In this document: positions 17,688-28,117 of the stretch, one piece after another
Position numbering within the stretch: position 1 is the first letter of the stretch
Layout: the number at the start of each line of letters is the position of its first letter
NCBI GenBank assembly: GCA_008369845.1
Contig: MRSU01000151.1
Location: 1-45,022, forward strand
Source: Trichomonas gallinae
Taxonomy: Eukaryota
Direction of reading: 5' to 3'
Length of the DNA: 45,022 bases
Notes under the pieces: generated by a model
The model's input: the letters and a program-made list of their open reading frames with translations, nothing else
Databases searched by the model: none
What the model was told of the DNA's origin: nothing
Program-made: the position numbers and the translations under genes

Positions 17688-20663
17688 ATGATTTCTTCAG
17701 TCTTTACTCTTGGACTGAAAGAAATTTATGATGCCCATTTGAAGCCAACAGAGTTATACAAGATATTAGAGTGCATGGTTTGCGATATTCCGAACCAGAA
17801 CGTAGCAGAACTGCCTTTAGACGTAATATCTATGTATATGCATAATTTATTTGTTTCACAGAATCCATTGATACGCGCTCAGATACTTAAAATGATTATG
17901 CAACTCGAAATCACATCTAAATTCTCGATAATTGAAAAATACAATTTCGATAAGTTAATTGCAAATAGTTTAGAGCAAAAAACTGGTGAGACTACCAATG
18001 AAAATGATGAAGAAAAGACAAATTGCTTCTCATTAATATCAGTAATCCTAAGATTAAGAAATACACTGCCAAAATCAATCATAAGAGCATTGATTTCATT
18101 GTACTATGTTCCGAAACACAACTACAAGAATCTAATTCTATCAAATTTAGCAACACATTGCCTACACATTAAGCAGAAAAGCACGATTCTGGCAGATATA
18201 AACAGATTATTCGTTGATTCATTAGGTGAAGGTATTCAGAAAGCTATTCCATATATCATTCAGCAAGCAGAAGACTACAGTTCCCCTGCAAGATCTTCGA
18301 TTTTTCTTTCAGATTTGCTTGTACATGTTTTTCAGAACAAACTGGCAGCTCCAAAGGAATATCTGATAGCCATTTTGCACACATGGGCCGGTTTGCTGTA
18401 CTATGGCATTGAAAAAAACATACTTCAGCAAATTTTTCTTTGCATTCCTTCTGAGCCATCAATTGTTGTCTCGTTTATCAAAGGCTTGTTAAATTTGAGT
18501 TCAATACAGCATACAATATTAACACCTTACCGTGCATATTTAATGACTTATTTTACAAAGAAAGGATTTATTGATTCACTATCAGAAACATCTGGTAAAC
18601 AAGATACAATAGAGCTATATAATCAACTTATACAGTTATCTTGCACTACAACGCCAATTGATGTTCTTCCTTCGAATTTAGAACAGCCAGCGACGTTTAT
18701 TAAGGATCCAGAAAGAAGTTCATCAGAAGTTTTCACGTTCTTCAATATATTTTCAATTGGAGTCCCAACGCGTGACTTGCAAACAATTGTTTCTGGTCAG
18801 GATCCACTGCAGTGGGATTGGACACAAATACATAACGTGATATTGAGAGTTCTACCATTTGATGAATCATTAGCCCTTGGATCTGTTAATTTTTATGATG
18901 CATTATTAAATTTCTTTACAAATCAGTTTGTCACGTTAAACATTGCTGATCATAAGATAATAGCTAATGTACTTGATGCATTCTTTGATTTCTTGATGAT
19001 TCGCGATTATGGCTTCGCGATTATTGCTTCTTCGCAAAGTCTTAGAAATACTTTCTTATTAGCAATTCACAACTTGACTAATAACATTTGCGATGAGTCA
19101 TCTCCTTTAATTCACATTTTCAAGAATTTATGTCAAATGTCAGTCAAAAATGAAGGTTCTAAGCTTCTCTTGCAATGGGAAATCGTTGATGTTTTGTTCA
19201 ATGCTATTTCTAACATCAAATCATTGAATATTGCTAAATTAACAATTCAATCAATGAAATTGTTCCCTATTTCAACAATTTCCAACCCTATGTATCAGCG
19301 TATTCTCATGCACAAGAACAAAGACATCGCAAAAGAAGCAATTCTTGGATTATTTGAAAAATCTCAAACGACTCCGATGTTCCACATGATGATATTCTTG
19401 AGGTTATTAGTTCCATATGTCAAATATTTAGATTCAGCGCCAGGAAACGAAGATCTATTAAATCTTGCATTAAATTTAATGGCATACTTGATGATTAAAG
19501 ACCAGGCTTGTATTATTGACGTCATGGGTGACTCCCAAATGCACAAAATTTTGTCTGTTCGCAGCCATGTAATTTATTCCTTATTATTATCCCGCGAAGA
19601 GTCATTACCTCTTGCAGACATCGACAAAGAGATAGACTGGTGGCTGAATGTTGGAAATCTTCAGTACGTGTCAATATACGACCACGCGGTCAAAACCGCA
19701 TTTTCAGAAAAAGGAAAGATGGATATAATCCCTGAAGTTCCATCAGAAGTCGTTTACATGCCTCCGCACTTATTCGGGCAGCTCAGCAAGACGCAGACAG
19801 GTCTCATGAAGCTGTCGACAGTACTGCCGAGACTGATACAAGCGTGCAACAGCAGCGAAGTTGACGTGCAAAGAGGAGCGCTTTTTGCAATCGCGCATTT
19901 AGCTTCACAAGCTTCGGAAACTATTGTCTCCGCACTCGATTTAGCGACTATAGCCTATGACACAGCGATGAAGTCAAACAGTTATACATTGAAGGGAACA
20001 CTTGTTATTGTATTAAGCCTGTTCGCGAAGACAAATTATCTTTCGAAATTTTTGGAAAGCAAAAACTGGCAGCTCGTAACATTCAACGGCGAAACAATTG
20101 CTGTTCCTAACAACCCGGAAGTCTTGATCAAGCCTGCACCAGATAATTTCCAGTGTCTCGATGAAGGGCCGAGATACAGAGGATCTTTGTCGCCTATAAT
20201 CATGCAACTAGCGAATATCATCGTGATGAAAAGTGCTAAATCTCAGTTAGTTCAAATCTACAGAGAGCACCAGGAAGAGCTCATGAGGCCCGACAATGCC
20301 CTCGCTGCCATGGAGCAGCTCGCTGAGTATACGTTCAGCAACGAAGCGAGAATGTTTGTCTACGGGTTGTTTAGGTCTACAAGTTTGGTTCCACTCAAAC
20401 CATTTAATGCACATGAGAAAGATAGGGATATGGCGAAAGTGAGGATATATGAGGGCTTAAATAGCCCATCGCCGCAGCCTTTCTCACAGATTCAGTGGCA
20501 AAAATATAATTTTTCGGAAATTCCTAAATATAAGATATGCAGAGATGCCCCTGAGCAATACCTGAAAGATGAAGTATTTGAGAAAGCTTTGGGCGTGAAA
20601 AAAGAAGATTTTTACAAACTTTCGGAACTTGAGAAAAGAATGATAAGAACAAAGCTTTTGTAA
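17688..20663 (+). CDS. RICTOR: Rictor/Avo3/Pianissimo-like TORC2 subunit with C-terminal villin-headpiece-like segment
   Basis: Rictor-type motifs in the expected order: EEKTNCFSLI, LPKSIIRALISL, ILHTWAGLL, QWDWTQI, EIDWW..GNLQYV, MPPHLFGQLSKT.TG, RGALFAIAHLAS, TLKGTLVIVLSL. Start taken at ATG 17688 (MISSVF); the frame is open from 17637. Confidence 0.8.
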   Translation: MISSVFTLGLKEIYDAHLKPTELYKILECMVCDIPNQNVAELPLDVISMYMHNLFVSQNPLIRAQILKMIMQLEITSKFSIIEKYNFDKLIANSLEQKTGETTNENDEEKTNCFSLISVILRLRNTLPKSIIRALISLYYVPKHNYKNLILSNLATHCLHIKQKSTILADINRLFVDSLGEGIQKAIPYIIQQAEDYSSPARSSIFLSDLLVHVFQNKLAAPKEYLIAILHTWAGLLYYGIEKNILQQIFLCIPSEPSIVVSFIKGLLNLSSIQHTILTPYRAYLMTYFTKKGFIDSLSETSGKQDTIELYNQLIQLSCTTTPIDVLPSNLEQPATFIKDPERSSSEVFTFFNIFSIGVPTRDLQTIVSGQDPLQWDWTQIHNVILRVLPFDESLALGSVNFYDALLNFFTNQFVTLNIADHKIIANVLDAFFDFLMIRDYGFAIIASSQSLRNTFLLAIHNLTNNICDESSPLIHIFKNLCQMSVKNEGSKLLLQWEIVDVLFNAISNIKSLNIAKLTIQSMKLFPISTISNPMYQRILMHKNKDIAKEAILGLFEKSQTTPMFHMMIFLRLLVPYVKYLDSAPGNEDLLNLALNLMAYLMIKDQACIIDVMGDSQMHKILSVRSHVIYSLLLSREESLPLADIDKEIDWWLNVGNLQYVSIYDHAVKTAFSEKGKMDIIPEVPSEVVYMPPHLFGQLSKTQTGLMKLSTVLPRLIQACNSSEVDVQRGALFAIAHLASQASETIVSALDLATIAYDTAMKSNSYTLKGTLVIVLSLFAKTNYLSKFLESKNWQLVTFNGETIAVPNNPEVLIKPAPDNFQCLDEGPRYRGSLSPIIMQLANIIVMKSAKSQLVQIYREHQEELMRPDNALAAMEQLAEYTFSNEARMFVYGLFRSTSLVPLKPFNAHEKDRDMAKVRIYEGLNSPSPQPFSQIQWQKYNFSEIPKYKICRDAPEQYLKDEVFEKALGVKKEDFYKLSELEKRMIRTKLL

Positions 20664-20917
20664 TGATGAAAATTATTGTTTGTAATAAATAAGCGATTAT
20701 ATATTAGTTAATTATTACCATTTTTCAATATTTGAATTTTGATAAAATTAAGCTTGTTATCAAATGTCATATGAAAAATAATAGATAGCTATAGAATATA
20801 TGTATAAAAATAAGCCAAAAATTGTTCATTTCGACATTATTAATATCATTCCGATATTATCTTAATTGTAAAGAATGGAGATTTAGATTGTCACAATAGT
20901 TGTTAAGCATTAAGTAT

Positions 20918-21094
20918 TTACTCTTCCTCTTCCTCGGACTTGTTCTGTCCAGCCTTAGCATAACGAGCATTGCGGAGGAACTTAGCATTCATTCCCTTCT
21001 CGAACCAGAGTTTCTTGACAACGCACTTATGGATACCATTGCGGTGGTGCTGGTGGGACCTGTTGTGGGCGGATGTGTTAGAACGCTTTGCCAT
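20918..21094 (-). CDS. RPL29: 60S ribosomal protein L29 (eL29); absent from ORF track (58 aa)
   Basis: Manual translation MAKRSNTSAHNRSHQHHRNGIHKCVVKKLWFEKGMNAKFLRNARYAKAGQNKSEEEEE* matches the eL29 pattern MAKSKNH..HN...K.HRNGI.K...KG...KFLRN.R.AK. Confidence 0.95.
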   Translation of the reverse strand: MAKRSNTSAHNRSHQHHRNGIHKCVVKKLWFEKGMNAKFLRNARYAKAGQNKSEEEEE

Positions 21095-21098
21095 TGGA

Positions 21099-21103
21099 AA
21101 AGG
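21099..21103 (-). promoter_or_regulatory. M5 element CCTTT upstream of RPL29
   Basis: Minus strand reads AACCTTTTCCA-ATG, the same element as at RPL18a. Confidence 0.7.
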
Positions 21104-21893
21104 TTAGGCCATGACTTTATTTTATCGTTTTTCATTCAAAAATAAGTTCTGTACAGGTTCGTACCAATTTTTTCCTTTTTCGGCCACCCTATGTTCATTG
21201 CTATTTAATAGGAATTGCTAATCATAACCATTGATTATCATCATGATAAATCAGTTATTAGAAATAAAGATGAATTCAATCTTTATAAATATCTTGTACT
21301 ATTTAGCTCTCTAGTAGTAAATTGTTAGAATAGTTTTGTTAACACATCAAGGTAATATCAAGAAAAGAATATGACTTTATTTAATCGTTTTGAATTCAAA
21401 AATGTGTTCGATGGAGGTTCGTATGATTTTTTTATCTTTTTATTTCTCCATGAGAAAAAACCTCATTTATCTTACAAAATGATATCGGCCCATAAAACAG
21501 CATTGCTCTTCAATGTTGTTATAATAGGCAATTTTTCGGATTAAAAATTCGAGATTTTCAAATTGATCGAAAAAAATATTAATCAGAACATTCTATTGTA
21601 TACATTATATTACTTGCTAGCATTAGTACATGAAAAATCAAGATTTTGAATCATAACATGTGTTAAATATTTTGGTCTTCGAATAATGTAGTAGTTCCGC
21701 GTCATGAAGTTAATCATTAGAATATCTGCCTCGTAGCTATCAAACAACGGAAAAGCAATAGCATAAAAAGAGTTGTATTAATACAACAAAAAATTTAAAA
21801 TACAAACAAACAAAATAAAATTAAATAGTAAATAATGAGGTATAAGTCCATGCCATATGAAATGCTGTTCAATAGCATTTACATATAGAAACC

Positions 21894-23183
21894 TTATAGA
21901 TTTGGATTAAGTTGGAAATTCAAATCATCATCCATTGACACGAAGTCATTGATGTTGATGCCTGATGTGAAGTCAAACTTCGAAAAAGATGGTGGTGACA
22001 TATCATTCACGTTGTGGAATGTATTGTCGCAGTAATCTGTCTCATCGAAGGAGAAAGTTGAGGCGACCTTTTTGCTCTTTGTCTTTGATGTTTTGTTATT
22101 CCAATAATCAAGCCTGCTGGAAACAAAATTCAGCCATTGTTCAGACGACAAATATTTGTCAAGCTCTTGGCTAATGGCAAAACAATGTCCAACAAGTGTT
22201 GGATTAGCCTTTGTATCGTTATTACAGATCTTTTGAATCTCTTGCTCGAAATTTATGATTATTGCTTTTTTCAGTTCGCTGATTTTAAGTGCAGATCTAA
22301 CAAATTTCACAACTGCACAGTGAAGCATTGAGTTTGTTGTTTCGCTAAAGAAATGATTGCGTACATTTTTAACAATTTTCGTGCAATTTATTGAAGGAAA
22401 TGTCGATAGATAAGTAAGCGCTTCTACTTTCACTTGTGTGAATGTTGAGTCATCACAGCATGTGTTGATGCAATATTTTGAAATTGTATCATTTCTAGCG
22501 ATATTCTTTGCGAGTTTAAGTATTTTGAGAGGATGATCGTTAATCAAAAGTTCAAGGATGGAAGAAAGTTCGACGTTAACATGCTCTGGATGAATGAAAT
22601 TGAGACATAATGGAATTAATGTTCCACTCTGCTGATCAATGAATGATTTCTTAACAATATTGGCTATATTTTCATCTGTAACTGATTTGCCGCATAATAC
22701 TCGAAGAATAGTCGAAAATAGTTTTGTCGAGATTAATGGATTAGAATCATACAATTGATAGAAGAAATCTTGAACTAGGCTTTGTTTCAAGTGGTGTAGT
22801 AATGTAGGCAAAATAACATCTGAGTTATTAAGCAATTGTAATACGTCATCAGGAAAGGAAACCAAAAGATGGGACAAAACATTTGATAATGCCCATCTCC
22901 TGTATTGTGATGATTGAGAAAAGGATGAAAAATAAGTTTCAAATAATGATGACTCTTCTAATAAAAACTTAGCAATAGGACCTTGAAACACATTCATTGC
23001 ATCAATGCACCTTTTAGAGAAAGGTGACAATTCATTACTGAATGCGTGGTCACAAAGAAAGGAAAGAAAATTAATATCATTAAATTCTATACCATCCAAT
23101 GATTCTTCACCCGTTCTTAGCTCATGGAGGAAGTCATCGTGATTTACAACATTGGTATATGGTGAACATTTATTTTCGCCCAT
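21894..23183 (-). CDS. Helical-repeat protein, possibly a divergent SAPS/PP6 regulatory-subunit family member
   Basis: ATG at 23183 (MGENK). VVNHDDFLHELR, ALSNVLSHLL, VLQLLNNSDVILPTLLHHL and VGHCFAISQEL...WLNFV resemble SAPS-domain motifs. Acidic tail. Confidence 0.7.
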   Translation of the reverse strand: MGENKCSPYTNVVNHDDFLHELRTGEESLDGIEFNDINFLSFLCDHAFSNELSPFSKRCIDAMNVFQGPIAKFLLEESSLFETYFSSFSQSSQYRRWALSNVLSHLLVSFPDDVLQLLNNSDVILPTLLHHLKQSLVQDFFYQLYDSNPLISTKLFSTILRVLCGKSVTDENIANIVKKSFIDQQSGTLIPLCLNFIHPEHVNVELSSILELLINDHPLKILKLAKNIARNDTISKYCINTCCDDSTFTQVKVEALTYLSTFPSINCTKIVKNVRNHFFSETTNSMLHCAVVKFVRSALKISELKKAIIINFEQEIQKICNNDTKANPTLVGHCFAISQELDKYLSSEQWLNFVSSRLDYWNNKTSKTKSKKVASTFSFDETDYCDNTFHNVNDMSPPSFSKFDFTSGININDFVSMDDDLNFQLNPNL

Positions 23184-24880
23184 TTTAGCCAAATGTAAAA
23201 ATATGAGGCCTGCTTTGTGAAGAAATTCAAATACATTCAATATTTTGAGAGCTAAAAATTTTTGCTCGGGATAAAATGAAAATTCATATTGTATGTTGTA
23301 ATTTTTCACCTGTTTAAAAATTGAAAAGATTAAGATAATGATATTGGAAACATACTAATTATTAAAATAAGAAATAAACATTGTGACGAACGATTACCGC
23401 TGGTTTTCAAAATTGATTTGATAGTGAACATCGATTGTAGCAGACTATTTATGTGATTGTTAATGTAATTACAATTTTTTGGCTGAATAAATTGAAAAAA
23501 TTAAGTTCAGAAAAGAATATTTTACATTTTCGATGTGTTAATAATGATGTATGATACAAACTATGACATTTTAACCCATTAGATAAAACAATCCGAAATT
23601 TGTGAGCAGTCTGGTTTTTGTTTATTTAATTAGTTATATTATACAGAAGTAAAATAGAAAATAAATTTTCTCATTTCAAATTTCTAATTGGTAAATTTAT
23701 TTTTGAATATTTCTCTAAAAATTTGATCGCTTGGTTACAATTGGTCAGCATGAGAGATATAATGAAAACGAATCTACGAAAATTTAAATTGACCAAGCTG
23801 TTCATTCGCTTCACAAATATTCAAATAATTCAATTTCAAAATTTGAAGAATTGATACTAATATTAAATGATAAGCTTCGTATTATAAAAATTTCTGTCAT
23901 CAATCAAATTTGAGAACCATTTATCCCTCAAAAAAATAACGGACTCTTTCAATTGTCACTTTTACATTTTTACTAGCATCCAATTGGAACAATATTAACT
24001 GAAGAATGTTTTTGAGAAAATATTTTTGACAAGTTATTCATTTTCAGAACCCTTTTGTCAAATTTTAATTCTTGATTTTGATGAAATATTGTTTACTTTT
24101 ATATTTTGGTATATTTATATCACAGGCTGGTTTGATTTTTCTTAACTTTATTTTCCCCCTGTTTATTTTAATTTTAAATTCTTCCATGATATTTAATGTT
24201 TAGAATCATATTTAAATTGCAGGGCAATTCACTTTCGATGGAGATTTTTTCCTTATTTTAACCCAATATTCTTATAATATGCAAAATAAGGTTTTCTTTT
24301 GTACTGTTTTTATTCTTCGAAAAATCGAAAAATATTTTTTCGAAAAGATTTTGAACACCTACATATCTTTTGGAAATGATTTTCTGATACATCTTTTAAT
24401 ATATGTTTTATTTGCTTATTTAAATGCATTTTATTCTTCTCATATTTTATCTCGAGCAATTTTCTGTCATAAATGTACTGCTGCTTTGCTGCATTTTAAA
24501 GCAGACATCATTGCAATCATTTTATGCGCGATAATCTAGCTTCTTGTTCTATATTTAAAAAAATTACAGCAAATTTCATTATTATATTATTATATACCAA
24601 CATTACTATTATCATATCACTAAGTTGCCCATTACTATCATGTTCATCCATATATTGATTTCATATATATTCGTGAAAATAAAATTCGATATTAAATTTG
24701 TTATGATAATATATCACTTTGATTTAATCATAATGTTTATGTTGATTATTTCATTGTATTTTTGATATTAAAATTGCATGATAATATCAAAATAATATTG
24801 GAAAAAATTATATTAGCGTGTTGGGTTATTTTTCACTTGAAATTCAGTGTCTTGAGTTTTAATACATAACAAAAATTTAT

Positions 24881-27238
24881 TTATATTTCTTCATCTTCCT
24901 CTTCTTCATAATACTCATCAGAATCAACTCTTTTAATTGGTTTTGAGTTTGCTGATGGATCAGGAACTGGCTCTCTTGGCTCAATAACGAATGGAAGCAA
25001 ATCACTTGGTATCTTTCCAGAATAAATACCAAAATCTTTCTTAAGAAGCTCAGGCTTCAGCGAAATCAATACATTTCCATTCTTATTCCTGACACCAATG
25101 TCTAGTCTCCTCTCTATAGGATTTTTGATCTTCATTACTGTAATCAGTCTATTCATTATGTTGATGCAATTAAATATAACAACGTGTTCGAAGAATTGGT
25201 CAGGTGTCATCTTCTTGATCTCCTTCTTTGAGCCTGAATCTGGTATTTTCAGGTTCATAAACTCTTTCTTGATAAGATTAACATTTGTTAATAGCTTAAA
25301 GATGTCGCTTTGATATTTTTGGGCTGAGAATGGGCACCTTTTGCCATTTTCCAGGCAGTCCTTTATATGATTAACGAGATATCTGTCAGTATTCTTTAAT
25401 GATTCCAATTTCTCACTCTTTGGAACGAAATGGCTCCACTCATTTCTTGCAATAGAGTTACTAGAGATGATCTTAGAGATCTGCTTAATAGCATTGGCTT
25501 CTTTCGCGAGTTCCAAAGTATGCAATAATAAACTCGCATCTCCTGAATCGGCGGCCGCTGAAATCGCTTCGTCCCACATTCCGCGCTCTATAAGTAGTGG
25601 AACACCTCTGGACTTAGAAGGAGACTTGGAAAGCAGTTTATAGGCCAAATTTTCCCTTCCTTTCTCGAAAGCAGCTGTTGCGAGCTCAATTGCGTCTACT
25701 GGTTCAGTCATCTTTTCGTACCTGGCTAGTACTACATCATCGTCCGGCTGGGAGTCGATTAGCTGTATTCCCCAGTTAGATACGATGAAATCTGTTTCGA
25801 CATTTATGTATTGAGCGATCCTGAAGGCCCTGAAGTGCATCCTCCTGTTGCACAGGCGCTTTATGAGACGCTCAGGTGAAATGTTTTGGTATTCGTCGTA
25901 AGTTAAAGGAATATTATAAGGATCTCGTGAAACTTGCTCGCAGATCCTTAAGGCTGCCATCCTGTCCTCTATGATGGAAAAGTCGCGCGCCTGCATCAAC
26001 AAATCGTCTTCAGGAGTCATATTATTCTGTGGTTTTGGTAATTCTTGGATTGTTCTGATTAGAGCAATTAAAAGAGCTTTTTTGAGTTCATATTTCCTAA
26101 AGAAAACTGATGCCGCGGCCATTCCTTGTATAGCATCGTATATTTGTTGAATTGAATAATTTGTAAATGGATCTTGAAGAGCGAGACCATCTAAGTCCAG
26201 CATCTTAGTAAACACCTGGACGGAGATATTGTCTTTATCCCAAATTGCGAAAGGAAGCGCTAGATCTGTAATTGCTCGAATTAAAACGATTTCATCATTC
26301 ATAATGATTCGAATTCCATCTGATTCCTGAGAAAATCCAATGGCGTAGTCAAAATCCCATTTAACACAATCGGTTGTCGCTCCAATGAAACAAACAGAAT
26401 TTGTATTAAATAAAGCAATCGCGTCGCTGCCACACCAGGCGATTTTTGTTGGTTTAAAATCATCGAAATATGCCGCGTAAATGACTTCTTCTAATTTATC
26501 ATCAAAGATATAATAATATTCATCGGATTGAACTAAGCAAAACTGGTAATCAGGCGAAAACTTGATATTTGTTATTGGTTTAGTGAAGTCTTGTACTTGA
26601 ATTAAGTCTTTTTGCATTAAAACAAGCTGTTCATCAATATTTCCTGCCCAAAGTTGAGGTCCTACTTTAGTAGAGTTATTGACTGGTACAGGAGCGAAAC
26701 AAGTAAACGACATTTGATGTTTGCAGAAGACTTCTGCCTTTAAAGTACTGAAATCGCGAATAATATAAATTGTGTCACTTGTTTTAACGAAAAATCCATT
26801 CCTCCAGAATTCAACAGCTCCGATTAGTCCAATTTCGTCGTCTGTAAGTTTAGATTCCGTGATTAAATTTCCACGAAGATTAAAAGATGCGAGACAACCA
26901 TCTCCGAAAACGACAATAATAACTTCTTCTTGTGTTGCATATAGCGCTGCTATCTTTTTTTGGTAATTATCTAAAGGAATTTCACATAACAAATTTGCAT
27001 AACTGTCGTAAACGTTCAATTGTTTGTAATATCCGTCATCATTCAGCATGCTTTCGTGTGCGAATACTAATGCGCCACCATTTTGCGAAACTGCGTATTT
27101 ATCATCTAGAAAGTTGACATTTGAATGGTAAACGTTCTCTCCTTCCTCTAAAACCCATATAACTTCGGAAACGAAGCTAGTTGGGCCCATTCTTTTGACG
27201 TTGTTCAACGAAGATGTGAAATCTTTCGCGAACTCCAT
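24881..27238 (-). CDS. VPS16: Vacuolar protein sorting 16 (HOPS/CORVET subunit)
   Basis: Motifs NGGALVF, LNVYDSYANLL, IAWCGSDAIAL, ESDGIRII, LRICEQV..YNIPLTYDEY...LIKRLCNRRMHFRAFRIAQYI and AISAAADSGDASLL. TCATT initiator at 27246-27250. Confidence 0.92.
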   Translation of the reverse strand: MEFAKDFTSSLNNVKRMGPTSFVSEVIWVLEEGENVYHSNVNFLDDKYAVSQNGGALVFAHESMLNDDGYYKQLNVYDSYANLLCEIPLDNYQKKIAALYATQEEVIIVVFGDGCLASFNLRGNLITESKLTDDEIGLIGAVEFWRNGFFVKTSDTIYIIRDFSTLKAEVFCKHQMSFTCFAPVPVNNSTKVGPQLWAGNIDEQLVLMQKDLIQVQDFTKPITNIKFSPDYQFCLVQSDEYYYIFDDKLEEVIYAAYFDDFKPTKIAWCGSDAIALFNTNSVCFIGATTDCVKWDFDYAIGFSQESDGIRIIMNDEIVLIRAITDLALPFAIWDKDNISVQVFTKMLDLDGLALQDPFTNYSIQQIYDAIQGMAAASVFFRKYELKKALLIALIRTIQELPKPQNNMTPEDDLLMQARDFSIIEDRMAALRICEQVSRDPYNIPLTYDEYQNISPERLIKRLCNRRMHFRAFRIAQYINVETDFIVSNWGIQLIDSQPDDDVVLARYEKMTEPVDAIELATAAFEKGRENLAYKLLSKSPSKSRGVPLLIERGMWDEAISAAADSGDASLLLHTLELAKEANAIKQISKIISSNSIARNEWSHFVPKSEKLESLKNTDRYLVNHIKDCLENGKRCPFSAQKYQSDIFKLLTNVNLIKKEFMNLKIPDSGSKKEIKKMTPDQFFEHVVIFNCINIMNRLITVMKIKNPIERRLDIGVRNKNGNVLISLKPELLKKDFGIYSGKIPSDLLPFVIEPREPVPDPSANSKPIKRVDSDEYYEEEEDEEI

Positions 27239-27418
27239 CAAAACTAATGAATAAAGATTTCACACAAGATTGTTGGATTCATTGTCATATATCATTCAAA
27301 ACCACTCTAAAAATACAACTTGACCAGATTTGAAAATATATTTTATTCAATAGCAAAAAGCATAAAAAATATATTATCATTTGAACTATAATTGTCGAGT
27401 ACATCACAAGGATCATTG

Positions 27419-27816
27419 TTATATAACTAATAACAAAATAATATTGAAATAGGATATCCTCATACAGATAGACCACAGTGTTATAGAATTATTAATTGAT
27501 ACAAATTTATCATCTAGGTCTGATAACCTGATTAAATTGTCGTTGATAGATATTATGTTGCATTCTTTTCTATATGAATTTTTCGAAGGGGTTTCGTGCA
27601 AAATGTATCAAACTCATATGTGTCTTTCAAAGTAACATATTTTGCATAACTCTTGATGATAATGTTAAAAACAAAGTTATCATTATAGTCATTTTTGTCA
27701 TTCCCGATATAATATACTTCTAAATCATTGAGCCAGGTTACTTCATCATATATAATACTTTGTATACTTGAATAATTAATATCACCATATGTAATTTTTT
27801 GCAGCCTAAAATCGAA
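27419..27816 (-). pseudogene. Remnant of the C-terminus of a BspA-like (LRR) surface protein
   Basis: Startless frame 27816-27553 reads ...LEVYYIGNDKNDYNDNFVFN...KYVTLKDTYEFDTFCTKPLRKI..., resembling the BspA C-terminal cap (V.Y.G...VF...Y..DTFCG.P). A second frame ends in a hydrophobic tail, CMRISYFNIILLLVI*. Confidence 0.55.
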
Positions 27817-28117
27817 TTAGTGAATAATGGAATTCTGATGTTTATTGATATTGATAGCTGCGAAATTCTGATTTGTATCTCGAAAATTTAAAATTGTAGA
27901 GAAACTCTACAAACGTCGATGTAATGTATCAACTCCATACTGTATGAGGAGTGTAGTGGCTTAATGAAAAATATGGGGTCTAGAATGAAGAAAATTCCAA
28001 AGGTGCATTTGTCAATTTTAAACTCAATTAACTCAATAACATCTGCCTCTTTTTGTAACAGAGGCAATCTTCTTCCAAAATTCACTAAATAAATTTCTAG
28101 AATATATATATATAGAT

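Noticed and set aside
20900..21145. 81-aa plus-strand ORF
   Set aside because: Antisense shadow of RPL29.
23310..24880. Long spacer including the 86-aa ORF at 24279-24539
   Set aside because: AT-rich, low-information translation; I recognised no motif, repeat or RNA gene.
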